Shown: piece by piece, positions 39,193 to 51,179 of the stretch
Layout of the letters: each line of letters starts with the position of its first letter
How positions within the stretch are numbered: position 1 is the first letter of the stretch
From: Camelus ferus
Taxonomy: Eukaryota
Length of the DNA stretch: 64,000 nt
Assembly (NCBI RefSeq): GCF_009834535.1
Contig: NC_045697.1
Coordinates: forward strand, 83,144,001-83,208,000
Reading direction: 5' to 3'
Translations under genes and position numbers: made by a program
The notes under the pieces: generated by a model
What the model was told of the DNA's origin: nothing
Seen by the model: the letters and a program-made list of their open reading frames with translations, nothing else
Databases searched by the model: none

Positions 39193-39637
39193 CTTTTTAA
39201 TTTTTGTGTGTGTGTGTTTGTGTATATATATATAATTGAAGTACAGTTTACAGTGTTGTGTCAATTTCTGGTGTATGGCACAATGCTTCAGTCATACATG
39301 AACATATATATACATTCATATTCATATTTTTTCACCATAAGTTACAAGATAGTGAATATAGCTCCCTGTGCTATACAGTATGAACTTGTTTATCTATTTT
39401 ACACATATTAGTTAGATCCACAAATCTCAAACTCTCAATTTATTCCTTCCCACCCCTTTCCTGCCCCCATTTAGTTTGTTTTCTATGTCATTGAGTCTGT
39501 TTTGGAAATAAGGTCATTTGGCATTTTCTTTTTTTAGATTCCACTTATAAGTGATATCATATGGTATTTTTCTTTCTCTTTCTGCTTACTTCACTTAGAA
39601 TGACAATCTCCAGGTCCATCTATGTTGTTGCAAATGG
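39193..39637 (-). mobile_element. 5'-truncated L1 3' end (camelid type)
   Basis: 'attgaagtacagtttacagtg...tagattccacttataagtgatatcatatggtattt'; TSD cctgtca(c/t)tt at 39183-39192 and 39638-39647. Confidence 0.92.
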
Positions 39638-39669
39638 CCTGTCATTTAAATAGAGGTGCTAAGGATTGG

Positions 39670-39850
39670 AGGATGGTGAGGACTGATGAGTCACATATTG
39701 GAGTTCAAGTCATGGCATTTCCACACACAAATAGTTTTATTCTAAGCAGATCCCTTCCCCATCTCTGCCACTGTTTTATTTTCATATGTAATATTAATTA
39801 CTTAGATAAGACAATTTTTAAAATTTCTAACTTGTGTTTTAACATATTCT
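39670..39850 (+). mobile_element. MIR SINE
   Basis: 'ggagttcaagtc...tctaagcagatcccttccccatctctgcc...ttttcatatgtaa'. Confidence 0.55.
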
Positions 39851-40489
39851 AGCATTTTGGGAACATCTACAAAGAAAAGTTCTGGGATTTAGAGGTTTTC
39901 TATTCTTTACAACACATTTGTTTTAGCCTGTGGAGGAAGATTAGAGAATGTGTGTGTGTATTAGTAAGGAAATGGTAAATTTATTAAAATTTAGTAAGAG
40001 TAGCATAAACATTAGGCTATAAATTTTAAAAAGCTACAAGGAAGAAAAATAAGAGAGAGAAAGTATTATTATACCTCAGAAAATGAAGCAGTTGCCTGGA
40101 GCTAAGGGGGAAAAATGCATCTAGACACAAGGGACAAGCTTTATGAAATAACTAACTTCAAATACAAAGGTTTTATGCCAAAATACATTATTAGGAACAC
40201 AGTAAAGAAAATATTGTAGGAAATGCCGTTAAAGGCTTTGGGTGTTGGGACAACCTATATCCTTATTTTTTTTTTTAATTTTCTAATCTCCATCTCTTAG
40301 GGCTCTGCTTGTGAAATATTTCATAGCAATAATCATGCAACACTTTACTTCTAAGAAGGAAAAAAAAGGGAGAAAAAAGGATAAAAATAAACTGTCAGAA
40401 TCATATGCTCCCAATTCACAGAAAATATGAGGGCCAACATGTCATTGATCAGATGGTTCTAATCTTAGGATTTTGGTTCTTCTTAGGAA

Positions 40490-40737
40490 TAAAGAAGAAA
40501 CTAGGAGAGATTGGGAAAAGGAGGAACAATGAAAGTGAGGAAGGGTGGAAGGGGTAAGGGAAGAGGAGGGTAAGGAGGACCAGGAGCAAAGGGAGAAGGG
40601 GAAACAGCAGGATAAAAGGGCAGAAGGAAAAAGAGAGAGAGAGGAAGAAAAAAGTGAAGAAGATAAGGAGGGGGAATTGGAGAGAGAGGGGAAGGAGGAA
40701 GAAGAGCAGAAGGAGACTGGAGAATGAGGAGAAGAAA
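40490..40737. repeat. GA-rich polypurine low-complexity tract
   Basis: ~250 bp of mostly GAG/GAA/AAG; it produces the spurious ORFs at 40442-40810. Confidence 0.92.
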
Positions 40738-41298
40738 TGCAATAGGGAAAAACAAATCTGACTCCATATGTTAAATTTGTTCCTACGCTCTGTTTCCTGT
40801 GCTTAGTCATGCTGGTTCTGCACCTTTTCCAAAAAAAAAAAAAAAAAATTATATATATAATATATATATATATATATTTTTATATATATATATAAATAAC
40901 CTAGAGCCTGAAATATACAGGATAGCCCATTCTCAAGGCTCTGACCTTTAAGGGTGTAACATTTTCCCATTCATATAAGACAAAAAGTTGCAGAATAGAA
41001 AATAACATTTGTCTTGCAGGTTTACAGGAACATCATGACCCCACCAAGATCTTACATGGACAGCTACAAGAACAAAGGATTCCAACACCAAGAAGTTTGC
41101 AACAACCAACCACACCCCCTCCCCTTTTTTAGTATAAAAAGAGACTGGCTTGAGTAAATGTTCTCCAGGACGTTAGTCTGCTATCTTCTCTGTCTGCTGG
41201 CTTTCCATATAAAGTCATTATTCCTTGCCCCAACACCTCATCTCCCAATTTACTGGCCTGTCCGTGTGGTGAGCAGGACAAGTTTGGATTTGGTAACA
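40738..41298 (+). mobile_element. ERV1-type (MER41-like) solo LTR
   Basis: TG...CA termini, perfect 4-bp TSD GAAA; 5' and 3' ends similar to the LTR at 31003-31528; 'gtataaaaa' TATA-like. Confidence 0.9.
40831..40896. repeat. poly(A) plus (TA)n microsatellite inside the LTR
   Basis: Direct reading. Confidence 0.95.
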
Positions 41299-41510
41299 GA
41301 AACAACAATGGTAACAATAACTTCATCATCCATTGGTACTCAAATTGATGTGAATGTTCAAAATCAGCTGTATTCTTCCTTTTCATTTCAGTGGCTAAAT
41401 TTCCCCCAGACATAATGAAAGACTGTTTCTGCTTCCTAAACTCAATTGCCTCTGGTCAGGTTTTAGTGTACCATTAAAATAATTATAGTTGGGAAGACTC
41501 TGGAAATATG

Positions 41511-41549
<39 letters not shown>
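41511..41549. repeat. Compound (GT)n(GA)n microsatellite
   Basis: Direct reading. Confidence 0.95.
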
Positions 41550-42589
41550 CAGGAGGGGGGTGGAGAGAGAGAGACTGAAATTAATAATACGAAAATAGAA
41601 CAATTAGGTCATGTGTTCTGAAATTATCTTTTGCTATTTATAATTAGAGACTACCATTTTAAAGCTAAAAAGAATTAACTGCTCTTAACTCAGAGTCATT
41701 TATCAATATTTATCAAGGCACAAGTCATACATTTGAAAGTCAAATTTTACCATTGATTCCCAGTACACAGATAAATTGGTAAAAGCCAGAATGAGCTAAA
41801 CTCTACTCACTGTATCTAATGTAACCAGACATTCTAGAAATTTCAGTATATGTGGACACAGAAGTGGGAAAAACAAAACTGAAAATATTGATTTAGCTAT
41901 ATCGAACTTCAGGGAAGTGTTAAGGAAACCAAGATAAAAAAGGAAATAAATCTAGTCACTCTATGGAATCTTTCAATTTATTTTTAGTTCTCCCTTGACT
42001 TGAACAAAATATCACATCTTCTTGTCAGGAGACTGTCCTGTCTCACACAAACCCCATCATTTCATTCTACTTGTACAAATAAAAATATACCAACTTGTGA
42101 CAGAAATGAGAATAATGCTAATTTTTAATGTTTCTATATATAATCATCCAGACAGGCTAATATTCTAAGGCATTTGCTAGTTGTTATTTTCCTGTTTTCC
42201 TACCCTGATGAAGTGAGTAAGATTAATGAAAGTAAGGCTGTGGCTTCAAGACTCTGAACCATAGAGCTGGCTGTCAATCATGTAGTGAATTTGGTCTTTA
42301 TCTAATCTTTGTCATTCAAGTTTCAAATGTATAATCTACATAAAGAAACTCAATGATTACTATGATTATTTTAAATGACAAGTGAAGTATTTCATTTGAA
42401 TTCTGTGTCAAGATGAAAATGTCTTAAATTAAGTGCTCATCTCAGGAATTAAAACTGAAAGGACCTCTAACTTCATAATCTGTCCCTTTTATCCATAAGA
42501 GAGGCAAATAGTTGAAAATTGATACCACTTGATATATAATTTTTGACACGAATTTTTTCCTGTAAAACATTAATATATATTTCCGATGT

Positions 42590-43030
42590 GAGGTTGTTTC
42601 CTCACTCTCTTTTAGATATGTTACAGAATAAAAGATAGTGAATTATTTCCCTCCCATGTAAGTATGGATTCAGAGGAAAGTCATCTAAGGCTTACACGTA
42701 CAAGGACCCACAATATTTCCAGCTCACTGGTGTGTATCTCTTATCTTCATAGTTTAGGGAAGCACCTGTGTGAAAGGTAGCAGAATAAATAAAGAAAGAA
42801 TAAAAGAAGTAGAAGCTTTTCCTTTTTCCCCCCTCTTTTTTTAAGAGAAAGATTTATGGAAACTTCCATGAGACACCTCTAGTTACATTTCTTTGGCCAA
42901 AATTCTGCCAAATATACACATTCACTTGGAATGGAGTGTTGGAAATGTGCTCGCCATTCTGGGTAAACATATGCCTCGCCTCAAATCAGCAGCTCTATCA
43001 CACTGGAAAAGGAGTGATAAATACTGAACC
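42590..43030 (-). mobile_element. Old MLT1-type LTR
   Basis: 'ctagttacatttctttggccaaaatt...ggagtgttggaaatgtg'. Confidence 0.5.
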
Positions 43031-43379
43031 ATCTGCATTTCTCTAACGTATTTTCTCTTCATTCTCTTTTCCTTCTGGATGAACATTGTTTTTATTTCCC
43101 CTTTTTCCCAAATACGATCTTTAACTGTCTAAACCCATACTCTCTGTTGACAGAAGAAAACAGGAAAGCCATTGGCATTTTATGAAATTCTCTAACATTA
43201 GTACTTTTCTATGGCAGACTTTTAAAGAGATGATATTACCTCTAATGCTCCTAAATACATACTTAAATTTTTCCATGTATATGTATTTTATTAGTTGTAG
43301 GAATGAGACCAAATCCAGCTCTTGTAAAGTGATAAAAAATGTGTTGCCTTTCAACACGCAATCTTAGCACACAGTCTTG

Positions 43380-43730
43380 TGTATTACAACTACTGAAGCA
43401 CTTCAGTATGAGGTGTTACTTGGTAGACTGTATTCCTCAAAAATACTGTTTCCTAACTTGGTGGAGTATTATTACTTTTCTGTTGCACAGACTCAAGCCT
43501 GGCTAGATGACTTGCTTTCATGAGAAAGTTTAGTGGAAGTAACAGGTGTCACTTCTGAGCAGACACCTTAGGAATCAGCACATGATTCACCATGTTCTCC
43601 TTGACTCTGCATGGCCACCAGCATTGTCTAGAAGGGGGTGACACCATCTGCGTGGACCTGAACAAAGACGATGAGGAGCAGGATTGCATTTGACCCGGGA
43701 GCAAATGTAAAGGACAGTTTTGTTTATTCT
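43380..43730 (+). mobile_element. MLT1I/J-type MaLR LTR
   Basis: 'tgacttgcttt...gtggaagtaacaggtgtcacttctgagcaga...gattcaccatgttctc'. Confidence 0.75.
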
Positions 43731-43819
43731 TCCATCTTTTGCCCATCCTAACTTTCAAAATCATTGTGTCTCAGTTTCAGGATTTCTCAAACCCACTAGT
43801 CTTGTCAACCAACCAAAAT

Positions 43820-44330
43820 CTGGCTTTTTATTGAAAACCTTCCAATGCTTTCTCCAATACAGAATAAAATCTAAATACCTTAACTTAGCCAACAAATAAT
43901 TTGGTTGCCAGTCTATTCTCTGCCATGCCATTTGGTAAAATCATTCCCCACAACCACTGCACTCTGACCTTCACGAGACTTCTTTCTGTGCCTTAAAAAA
44001 CAATCAAGCTAATTTGAGGCTCATAACCCTTGCAACAGTTACCTCTTCTGCCTAAAGGCCAGCTTCCCTGATTTGAGTACATCATCCTGTTGCTTGGGTC
44101 TCATCACAAATGTACTGGGCACATGTATCTAAAGCACCCCCCTTCTCTTGGGAACTCAATCCCATAACCCTCTTTCCTTCATGCCACCAACAACATTTTG
44201 TTTAACTTGTGGTTTACTCAGTAGTTTTATATCTCTTCTCACCAATCTCTAAGCAATGTGAAGGAAAATGACATTTATTGCCTGGAATAAAGTGGGTAAG
44301 CTGTAAACGCTTGTTGGATAAATGGTTGAG
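43820..44330 (+). mobile_element. L2 3' end
   Basis: 'aaccttccaatgc...agaataaaatctaaatacctt...ttgcctggaataaagtgggt...ttgttggataaatg'. Confidence 0.7.
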
Positions 44331-45289
44331 ATGAGATATGATACCATTTGCATGAGATGAGTCTGATGAGAAACTCCTACTATTAATTCAGAAGAAAAAG
44401 AAAGAATATCAAGGCAATTTCTATCATTCGCTGAATTTCCAAGGTTCAAAAAGCTTTCCAAAGCTTTTCGGAGTAAGACTTTAAAAAGATCATCACTTGG
44501 ATGAGTCTAGTATAATTTTCTCCAACTATATCATCATCTATAAATGTTCAGGCACAGATTAAAGTAGATGATAATTCTACCGTTGTGCAGCAATTGAAAG
44601 TTCATGTTTATAGTACACTTGGAACTTTCCAATGTTAAGAAACATTATGAGTTAGAACTGTGATCAAATTCAGCAGTAAAAACTCATACGGTTTAAATGG
44701 AGGCAGTTCACACAGAGGCATCCACAAGGAAGCATGATTTGTTCTCAGCATCCTGAGATTCTACATCCGGTCTCTCAATATGCAATAAAAAAAAATGTCC
44801 TCTTTTCAATGTATAATGACAAATGAGAAGATTTAAATTCAGCTGACAACATGAAGGCTGGTGTTCAAAGAGCAAACTCTTGTTTGATCCAGTGATAATT
44901 TAGACTGTGGCTCTTCAATAATGGGGCCTCTGTGATTAATGAAAACGATTTTAAGAAAAAATATTCTCTTAGTTCTCTAAGAGAATCTACTTGAAAGCAT
45001 TGTTTTATCACACAAAATTTTATGATGGGAAGATTTATATTTAGAATTAAATACATCAAGCTAGTTGTAACTTCTGGAGACAATGCATGTTTGTAACCTT
45101 ATTTCTTCACTGAGAGTCACATGATTTTCACATAGTTAACAGTGATAAATGTTAATTAAATAATATATTAATGACGACTTTTTCAGTTTTGTCCCTAACT
45201 TTTCTACTAGCCCAATTTTTCTGTCATCAGCTGAAGTAACTAAATCCAACAAAATACATGCAAGACTTTTCCAGCTGAAACAGCATTAA

Positions 45290-46135
45290 CATGTCACAAA
45301 TTCTAACCAAACTGACCTACAGAGGTAATGTGATTTCAGTCAAAATCTGAATGGGGTTTTAGTTGGTAAAAAGTGGCCATCCAATTTAATATGTGTGTGG
45401 AAAGGAAAATAGGAAAAATAATCTTTAGAAGAGCAAAGTTGTAGGATAGGCATTATAAGATTTCAATACTTATTAGAGAGTTATACTTACCATGATACTG
45501 TGGTATTGGCATAAAATTAGACAAAAATATTAACGGGACAGAGTAGAAAGTCTAGAAAAAACACTCATGTTTACACAGCTCATTGTTTTTCAACCAAAGC
45601 ACCAAACAAATTCAATGATAGGAAATAAAACATGTTTTCAACAGATGATGTGAAACAACAAAATAAATTCGTAGGAAATAAAGTGAACTTCAACCCCCAC
45701 TTCCTACCATGCACAATAATTATCTCACAGTGGATTACAGACATAAAAAAGAAAGCTAAAACTGCAAAGCTTTTAGGAAAAATGTAAAAGAACACCTTTG
45801 AGTACTTGGGGTAAGCAAAATACATTAATGAAAGTGCAAAACGTACTGTTAAAAATAGCTGATAAACTGGACTTCATCAACATTAAATACTTTAGCTCAT
45901 CAAAAGACAACATATAAGAAATGAAAAGGAAAGCCCGGACAGGAAGTTATTTTGGTACAGATCTCTAAGGAATGGCATCCAGAATGTATAATACAGTTTA
46001 ACAAATTAATCATAAAAAGACTATTGTCTCATAAAAATTGAGAGAGAGAAGATAAACAGTTTATAAAAGAAGATATATGAATGGCCAATAAACTTTTTTT
46101 ATTTTAATATCATTAGTATTCAATTCAATGCAGGT
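45290..46135 (+). mobile_element. Old L1M ORF2 fragment
   Basis: 'actgtggtattggcata', 'ttttcaacagatgatg', 'gataaactggacttcatcaacattaaa', 'atggccaataa'. Confidence 0.85.
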
Positions 46136-46137
46136 AA

Positions 46138-46990
46138 TTCTGAGTGTTAAAAACTCCAGAGAACCCAGTCGCAGGGGGCCCACACTTCCGTGAGTTTTAC
46201 TTCTGGGAACCCAACCAGGTTCTCCCCGTAACCTCCTCCTTGATATGACTAGGGTTCAGGGGTATCCAAATGAAAAACACTGACGTGACTGAGACTGCCC
46301 TAACAAGTGAGAAGCTAAACACACAGAAAAATCAACCCTTCTTGAATCCATTAAGAGAAGTTAGGCCACAGGGGAACACACCGCCCCCTTAAACCGGAGA
46401 GGCAGACAGACAGGCAGATATGGAGAAACACAACTTACCAGAGCAGAAACTCAAGCCGAAACGCCCGCGGGAGCCAGTGCTGGGGCAGGGAAACCTAAAC
46501 TGTGGCTCACAAACTGCTGGAGGCTCAGCGCAGACAATTCTGGGGTAAAAACTCCGGAGGACCCAGTCACAGCAGGGTCCCCCCACATTTGTGAGTTTTA
46601 CTTCCAGGAGCCTGGCCAGGTCTCACAGTAAATATCAGAGAAAACTCCCCTCCTGCCTCCGGCCAGGGAAGCAGGAGAGGAACCACTTCGAACCACGGGA
46701 GAACTCTGCGCTCACACACCTGCCCTCAGGAGAAGCTAACTGAGCAGAGCCCAGCCCGCGGCGGTTTTAGCAGAGCCCAGCCCACCTGGGAGAAGGGACC
46801 TACCCAGTCCCAGCCCAAGCTAGCAGCCTGTCCTAACTAAGGGGAGAGAAAAAACTGAGAAACACTCGTGACGTTTACAATCAGAGGCACAGGCTAACAG
46901 CTGAGACCTAGTCACAGGCCGCTTTCCCTCCCCCACACCGCACGAGCACATTTTGAAAGGCCCGTTTCCCGCAGCCCCTTTCCCCTAGCA
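46138..46990 (+). mobile_element. L1M (L1MC-type) 5'UTR-like segment, GC-rich, with ~90-bp duplication; continues after Tigger1 to ~49390
   Basis: 'ctgctggaggctcag...aaaaactcc...gacccagtc...gtgagttttacttcc'; continuation 'tacataatg...attacaaggcatcctaaaaggcaaaaa' after 49334. Confidence 0.65.
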
Positions 46991-49334
46991 CAGGCACACC
47001 TCATTTCAGTGTGCTTCACGGTGATTGTGTGTTTCGCAAATTGAAGGTTTGTGTTAACCCTTCCTAGAGCAAGTCTGTCGGCACCATTTTTTTGACAGCA
47101 TTTGCTCACTCCCTGTTTCTCTGTCATATTTCCGACTTTTTCATATTATTATGCTTGTCATGGTGATCTCTGATCAGTGATCTTTAATGTTACGACTATA
47201 ATTGTTTTGGGGCACCACAAACTGCACCCACATGAGAAAGCAAACTAAATTAATAAAAGCTGTGTGAGTTCTGACTGCCCCACTGATTGGCTGTTCCCCA
47301 TCCCTTTCCTTCTCCTCAGGCCTCCCTATGCCCTGAGATAAAACAATAATGAAGTTAGGCCAGTGAATAACGCTACAGTGGCCTCTAAGTGTTTGAGTGA
47401 AAGGAGGAGTTGCCTGTCTCTCACTTCAGATCAAAAGCTAAAAATGATTAAGGTTAGTGAGGAAGGCCTGTTGAAAGCTGAGATAGACAGAAAGTAGGCC
47501 TCTTGTACCAAACATTTAGCCATGTTGTAAGTGCAAAGGAAACGCTTCTGAAGGAAATTAAATGTGCTACTCTAGTGAACACACATATAACAAGAAAGCG
47601 AAACAGCCTTGTTGCAGCTAACCGAGGAAGTTTTAAGTGGTCCGGATAGAAGATCAAAGTAGCCACAACATTCCCTTAAGCCAAAGCCCAATCCAGAGCA
47701 AGGTCCTCACTCTCTTCAATTCTATGAAGTCTGAGCGAGGTGAGGCAGCTGCAGAAGGAAAGATTGAAGCCAGGAGAAGTAAGTTCATGAGACTGAAGGA
47801 CAAAGCCGTCTCCACAACATCGAAGTGCAAGGTGAAGCAGCAAGTTACACAGAAGAGGTAGCTGAAATCACTAATGAAGACGGGTACATGAAACAACAGA
47901 TTTTCAATTAGGTCAAACAGCCTTATATTGGAAGAGGACGCCAGCTGGCACTTTCACAGCTAAAGAGAAGAAGTCAATGCCTGGCTTCAAAGATTCAAAG
48001 TCTAGGCTGACTTTCTTGTTAGGGGCTAACCCAGCTGATGACTTTAAGTTGAAGCCAGCGTTCATTTACCATCCCCCAAATCCTAGGGCCCTTAAGAATT
48101 ACGCTAAATCTACTCCGCCTGTGCTCTATAAATGAAACAGCAAAGCCTAGATGACAGCAACATGGTTTACTGAATGTTAAGCCCACTGCTGAGACCTGAA
48201 TACTATTCAGGAAAAAAAAAATTTCTTTCAAAATACTACTATTCATTTACAACGCACCTGGTCACCCAAGAGCTCTGATAAAGATGTACAATGACATCAG
48301 TGTTGTTTTTGTGCCTGCTAACATGACATCCATTCTGCAGCCCTGGATCAAGGACTAATTTTGAATTTCAAGCCTTATTATTTAAGAAATATATTTCATA
48401 AGGCTCTAGCTGCCATAGATAGTGATTCCTCTGATAGAGCTGGGCAAAGTCAACTGAAAATCTTCTGGAAAGGATTCACTATTCTAGATGCCGTTAAGAA
48501 CATCCCTGATTCCTGGAAACAGCTAAAAATATCAACAATAACCAAAATTTGGAAGAAGTTGATTCCAACTCTCATGGATGGCTTTGAGGCGTTCAAGGCT
48601 TCAGTGAGAAAAGTTACACAGATGTGGTGGAAATAGCAAGAGAACTAAAATTAGAAACAGCCTCAAGATGTGACTGAATTGCTGCAATTTCATAATAAAA
48701 CTGCAACAGATGAGGGGTTACTTCTAATGGATGAGCAAAAAAAGTGGCTTCTGAGACTGAATCTACTCATGGCGAAGATTCTATGAAGATTGTTGAAATG
48801 ACAAAAAAAGGTTTACAATGGCACATAAACTTAGTTGATAAAACAGCAACAGGGTTTGAGAGAATTGACTCTAATTTTGGAAGAAGTTCTACTGTAAGTA
48901 AAATACTATCAAACAGCATTGCATGCTCAGAGAAACTGTTCGTGAAAGGAAGACTCAGTCAATGTGGCAAGCTTCGTTGTTGTCTTATTTTAAGAAATTG
49001 CCACAGTCACCCCACCCTTCAGCAACCACCACCTACTGAGTCAGCAGCCTTTAACACTAAGACCCTTAATCAGCAAAACGATTATAACCTGTGAAGGCTC
49101 AGATTGACGGTCAGAGCTTTTTAGCAACAAAGTATTTTTAAATTAAGGCATGTACATTGTTTTTTCAAATGTAAAATACTATTGCACACTTAATAGACTA
49201 CAGTATAGTGTAAACATAACTTTTATATGCACTGGGATATCAAAAAAAACAGTCCTGTGGCTTATCTTTATTGTGACATTTGCTTTGTTGCAGTGGTCTG
49301 GAACTAAACCAGGAATAGCTCCAAGGTGTGCCCG
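46991..49334 (+). mobile_element. Near full-length Tigger1 DNA transposon (Tc1/mariner-pogo)
   Basis: TIRs caggcacacct / aggtgtgcccg, TA on the right and CA on the left, ~2.34 kb, internal transposase fragments. Confidence 0.95.
47370..48990 (+). pseudogene. Tigger1 transposase, disrupted by frameshifts and stops
   Basis: ORF pieces [28 protein letters not shown] and [23 protein letters not shown]...[14 protein letters not shown] are typical Tigger1/TIGD1-like sequence. Confidence 0.9.
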
Positions 49335-49842
49335 TACATAATGACTGGCAATCAAGGAAACGATTACAAGGCATCCTAAAAGGCAAAAATGTAATTTGAT
49401 TATTTTAGGCCTGAGTGTCAGGCGGAGGAGGTTCAGTGATTTCTCCCACTAAATACTACTCCTTTATTCCAAAGCTGTGAGAAAAAAATTCAATAAAAGT
49501 AGATGAAAGAAATGATAGTCATCCTAACTCTCCTAACTCGGTGTCAAAAAGCAATTTGCTCAAGGCATAGCATCCTTACATAAGATTTTACCCAGATAAT
49601 TATTATTACATTTGCTTTTATTTGGAAGATTTTATGTATTTCTTTTAGGAAGTTATTACTTTAAAATAGAAAATGACAAGTTCTTAAAAATAACTTACAG
49701 ATTCATATCAGTGAATACCTCAGAGGTGGGTGGATATATTTATTAAATAGAAAATGAGAGCTGAAGCATTTTATGCAATAAATTATCTCTCATTGCCTCT
49801 CAGTCTACTTCTTCAGTTCTTTATATTTTTTATTTCCTATAA

Positions 49843-50283
49843 TATAGATTTTTGGGGCTGCTGTAACAAATTAACACAGTGACTTAAAACAATAGAAATT
49901 AATTTTTTCACTGTTCTGGAAGCCAGAAGTCCCAAATCAAAGTGTCAGCCAGATTGTACTCTTTCTGGAGGCTCTAGGAAGAATCTGTTTCTTGCCTCTT
50001 CTAACTTCTGGTGATTGTTGACGTTCCTCAACTTGAGGCCACATCACTCCAATCTCTCCTTCCATATTTACACTGTCTCTGTCTTCTCCTCTCTGTACCT
50101 CTTACAAGGATACATTTCATTGGATTTAGGGCCCACATAAATAATCCAAGGTGATCCTCTTATCTCAAGAGCCTTAACTTAATTATATCTGCAAAGACTC
50201 TTTTCAAACAAGGTAACTTGTAGAGGTTCTGAAAACTAAGACATGGACACAGGTTTTAGAGGCTCACCATTCAATCCACTCCA
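49843..50283 (-). mobile_element. MLT1A-C type MaLR LTR
   Basis: 'ggggctgctgtaacaaatt...ctgttctggaagccagaagtcc...ttggatttagggccca...accattcaatccact'. Confidence 0.9.
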
Positions 50284-50419
50284 TATATCAGTATCAAGTG
50301 AGAATTACCCTGTGCTCAGCACTATTTGAAGCTACATGAGAAGGCTTACAGAGTGATGATTATCTTCACAAATTCTTAATTTAGAGCCCACCTTAGTCTT
50401 TTAAGCTAAGAACGAGTAG

Positions 50420-50580
50420 ATTACTAAAACTTACTTCTTAATTATCTGTAAAATGGGGATGAATAAATCATAACTACATCAAACATTATTTTGGGAGTTA
50501 AATAAGTTAAGAACAATGAAGCAAGTAGAACACTTCCTGGCATATATTAAGTGCTGAGTATATTTTAGCTATCATTTGTT
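50420..50580 (+). mobile_element. MIR SINE
   Basis: 'atctgtaaaatggggatgaata...ttaaataag...agaacacttcctggcata'. Confidence 0.8.
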
Positions 50581-51179
50581 CAATAAGAAAAACACAGTCA
50601 CTGATTTTAAGGTATTTTCATACCATCAGATCTACACTAGAGGGGAAAAAGTGTAATCCCGACTTATCTGGCACATATTTGGAGTTTATGGTCTCATCAT
50701 GGAACCAATATACCTTTCTAGCTATTTTTGTTTCCATTATACTGATAAAACAATGTTTGTGTCCCCTGCTTTGTAACACCTAGCAACTGAGAAAAGCAGA
50801 TCAGAAGAAAGCTAAATGGCTTGCGAAAAGGGAGCCTAGAATTTAAAGTTTGACGTCAGTAACTGGAATGTATCACCCATGGGCATAGTTTTCCTTCCAC
50901 TCCCCTACTTCCTCCCAGCCTCCTTCCTTTCTGTCCACCCCACCTTGGCATCCCACCATAGTCATCTTACCAAAGACCGTATGTTGGAAAAAGAAAAAAC
51001 AATAAAGTAAAATAATAAAGTTCAAGAAAACCAAAATGGATTTGTCTTTTCCAATAAGCAGACTTTCTGGATTCACAGTTATTCTCCATTCTGCTGTGAG
51101 GCCCCCCAGCTGATGCTCACAGCAGGTGGATGCTCAAAACAAGTCGGCTCTCACCAATTGCATGTTTATACTCAGCTGT

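Noticed and set aside
40442..40810. Overlapping ORFs rich in S/L/P/F or E/K/G
   Set aside because: Artefacts of the polypurine low-complexity tract
31003..41298. Single provirus bounded by the two similar LTRs
   Set aside because: Each LTR has its own TSD and a different middle, and the intervening DNA is older unrelated repeats
47637..49094. Domesticated TIGD-type gene
   Set aside because: Multiple frameshifts and stops, with TIRs retained; an ordinary Tigger1 fossil
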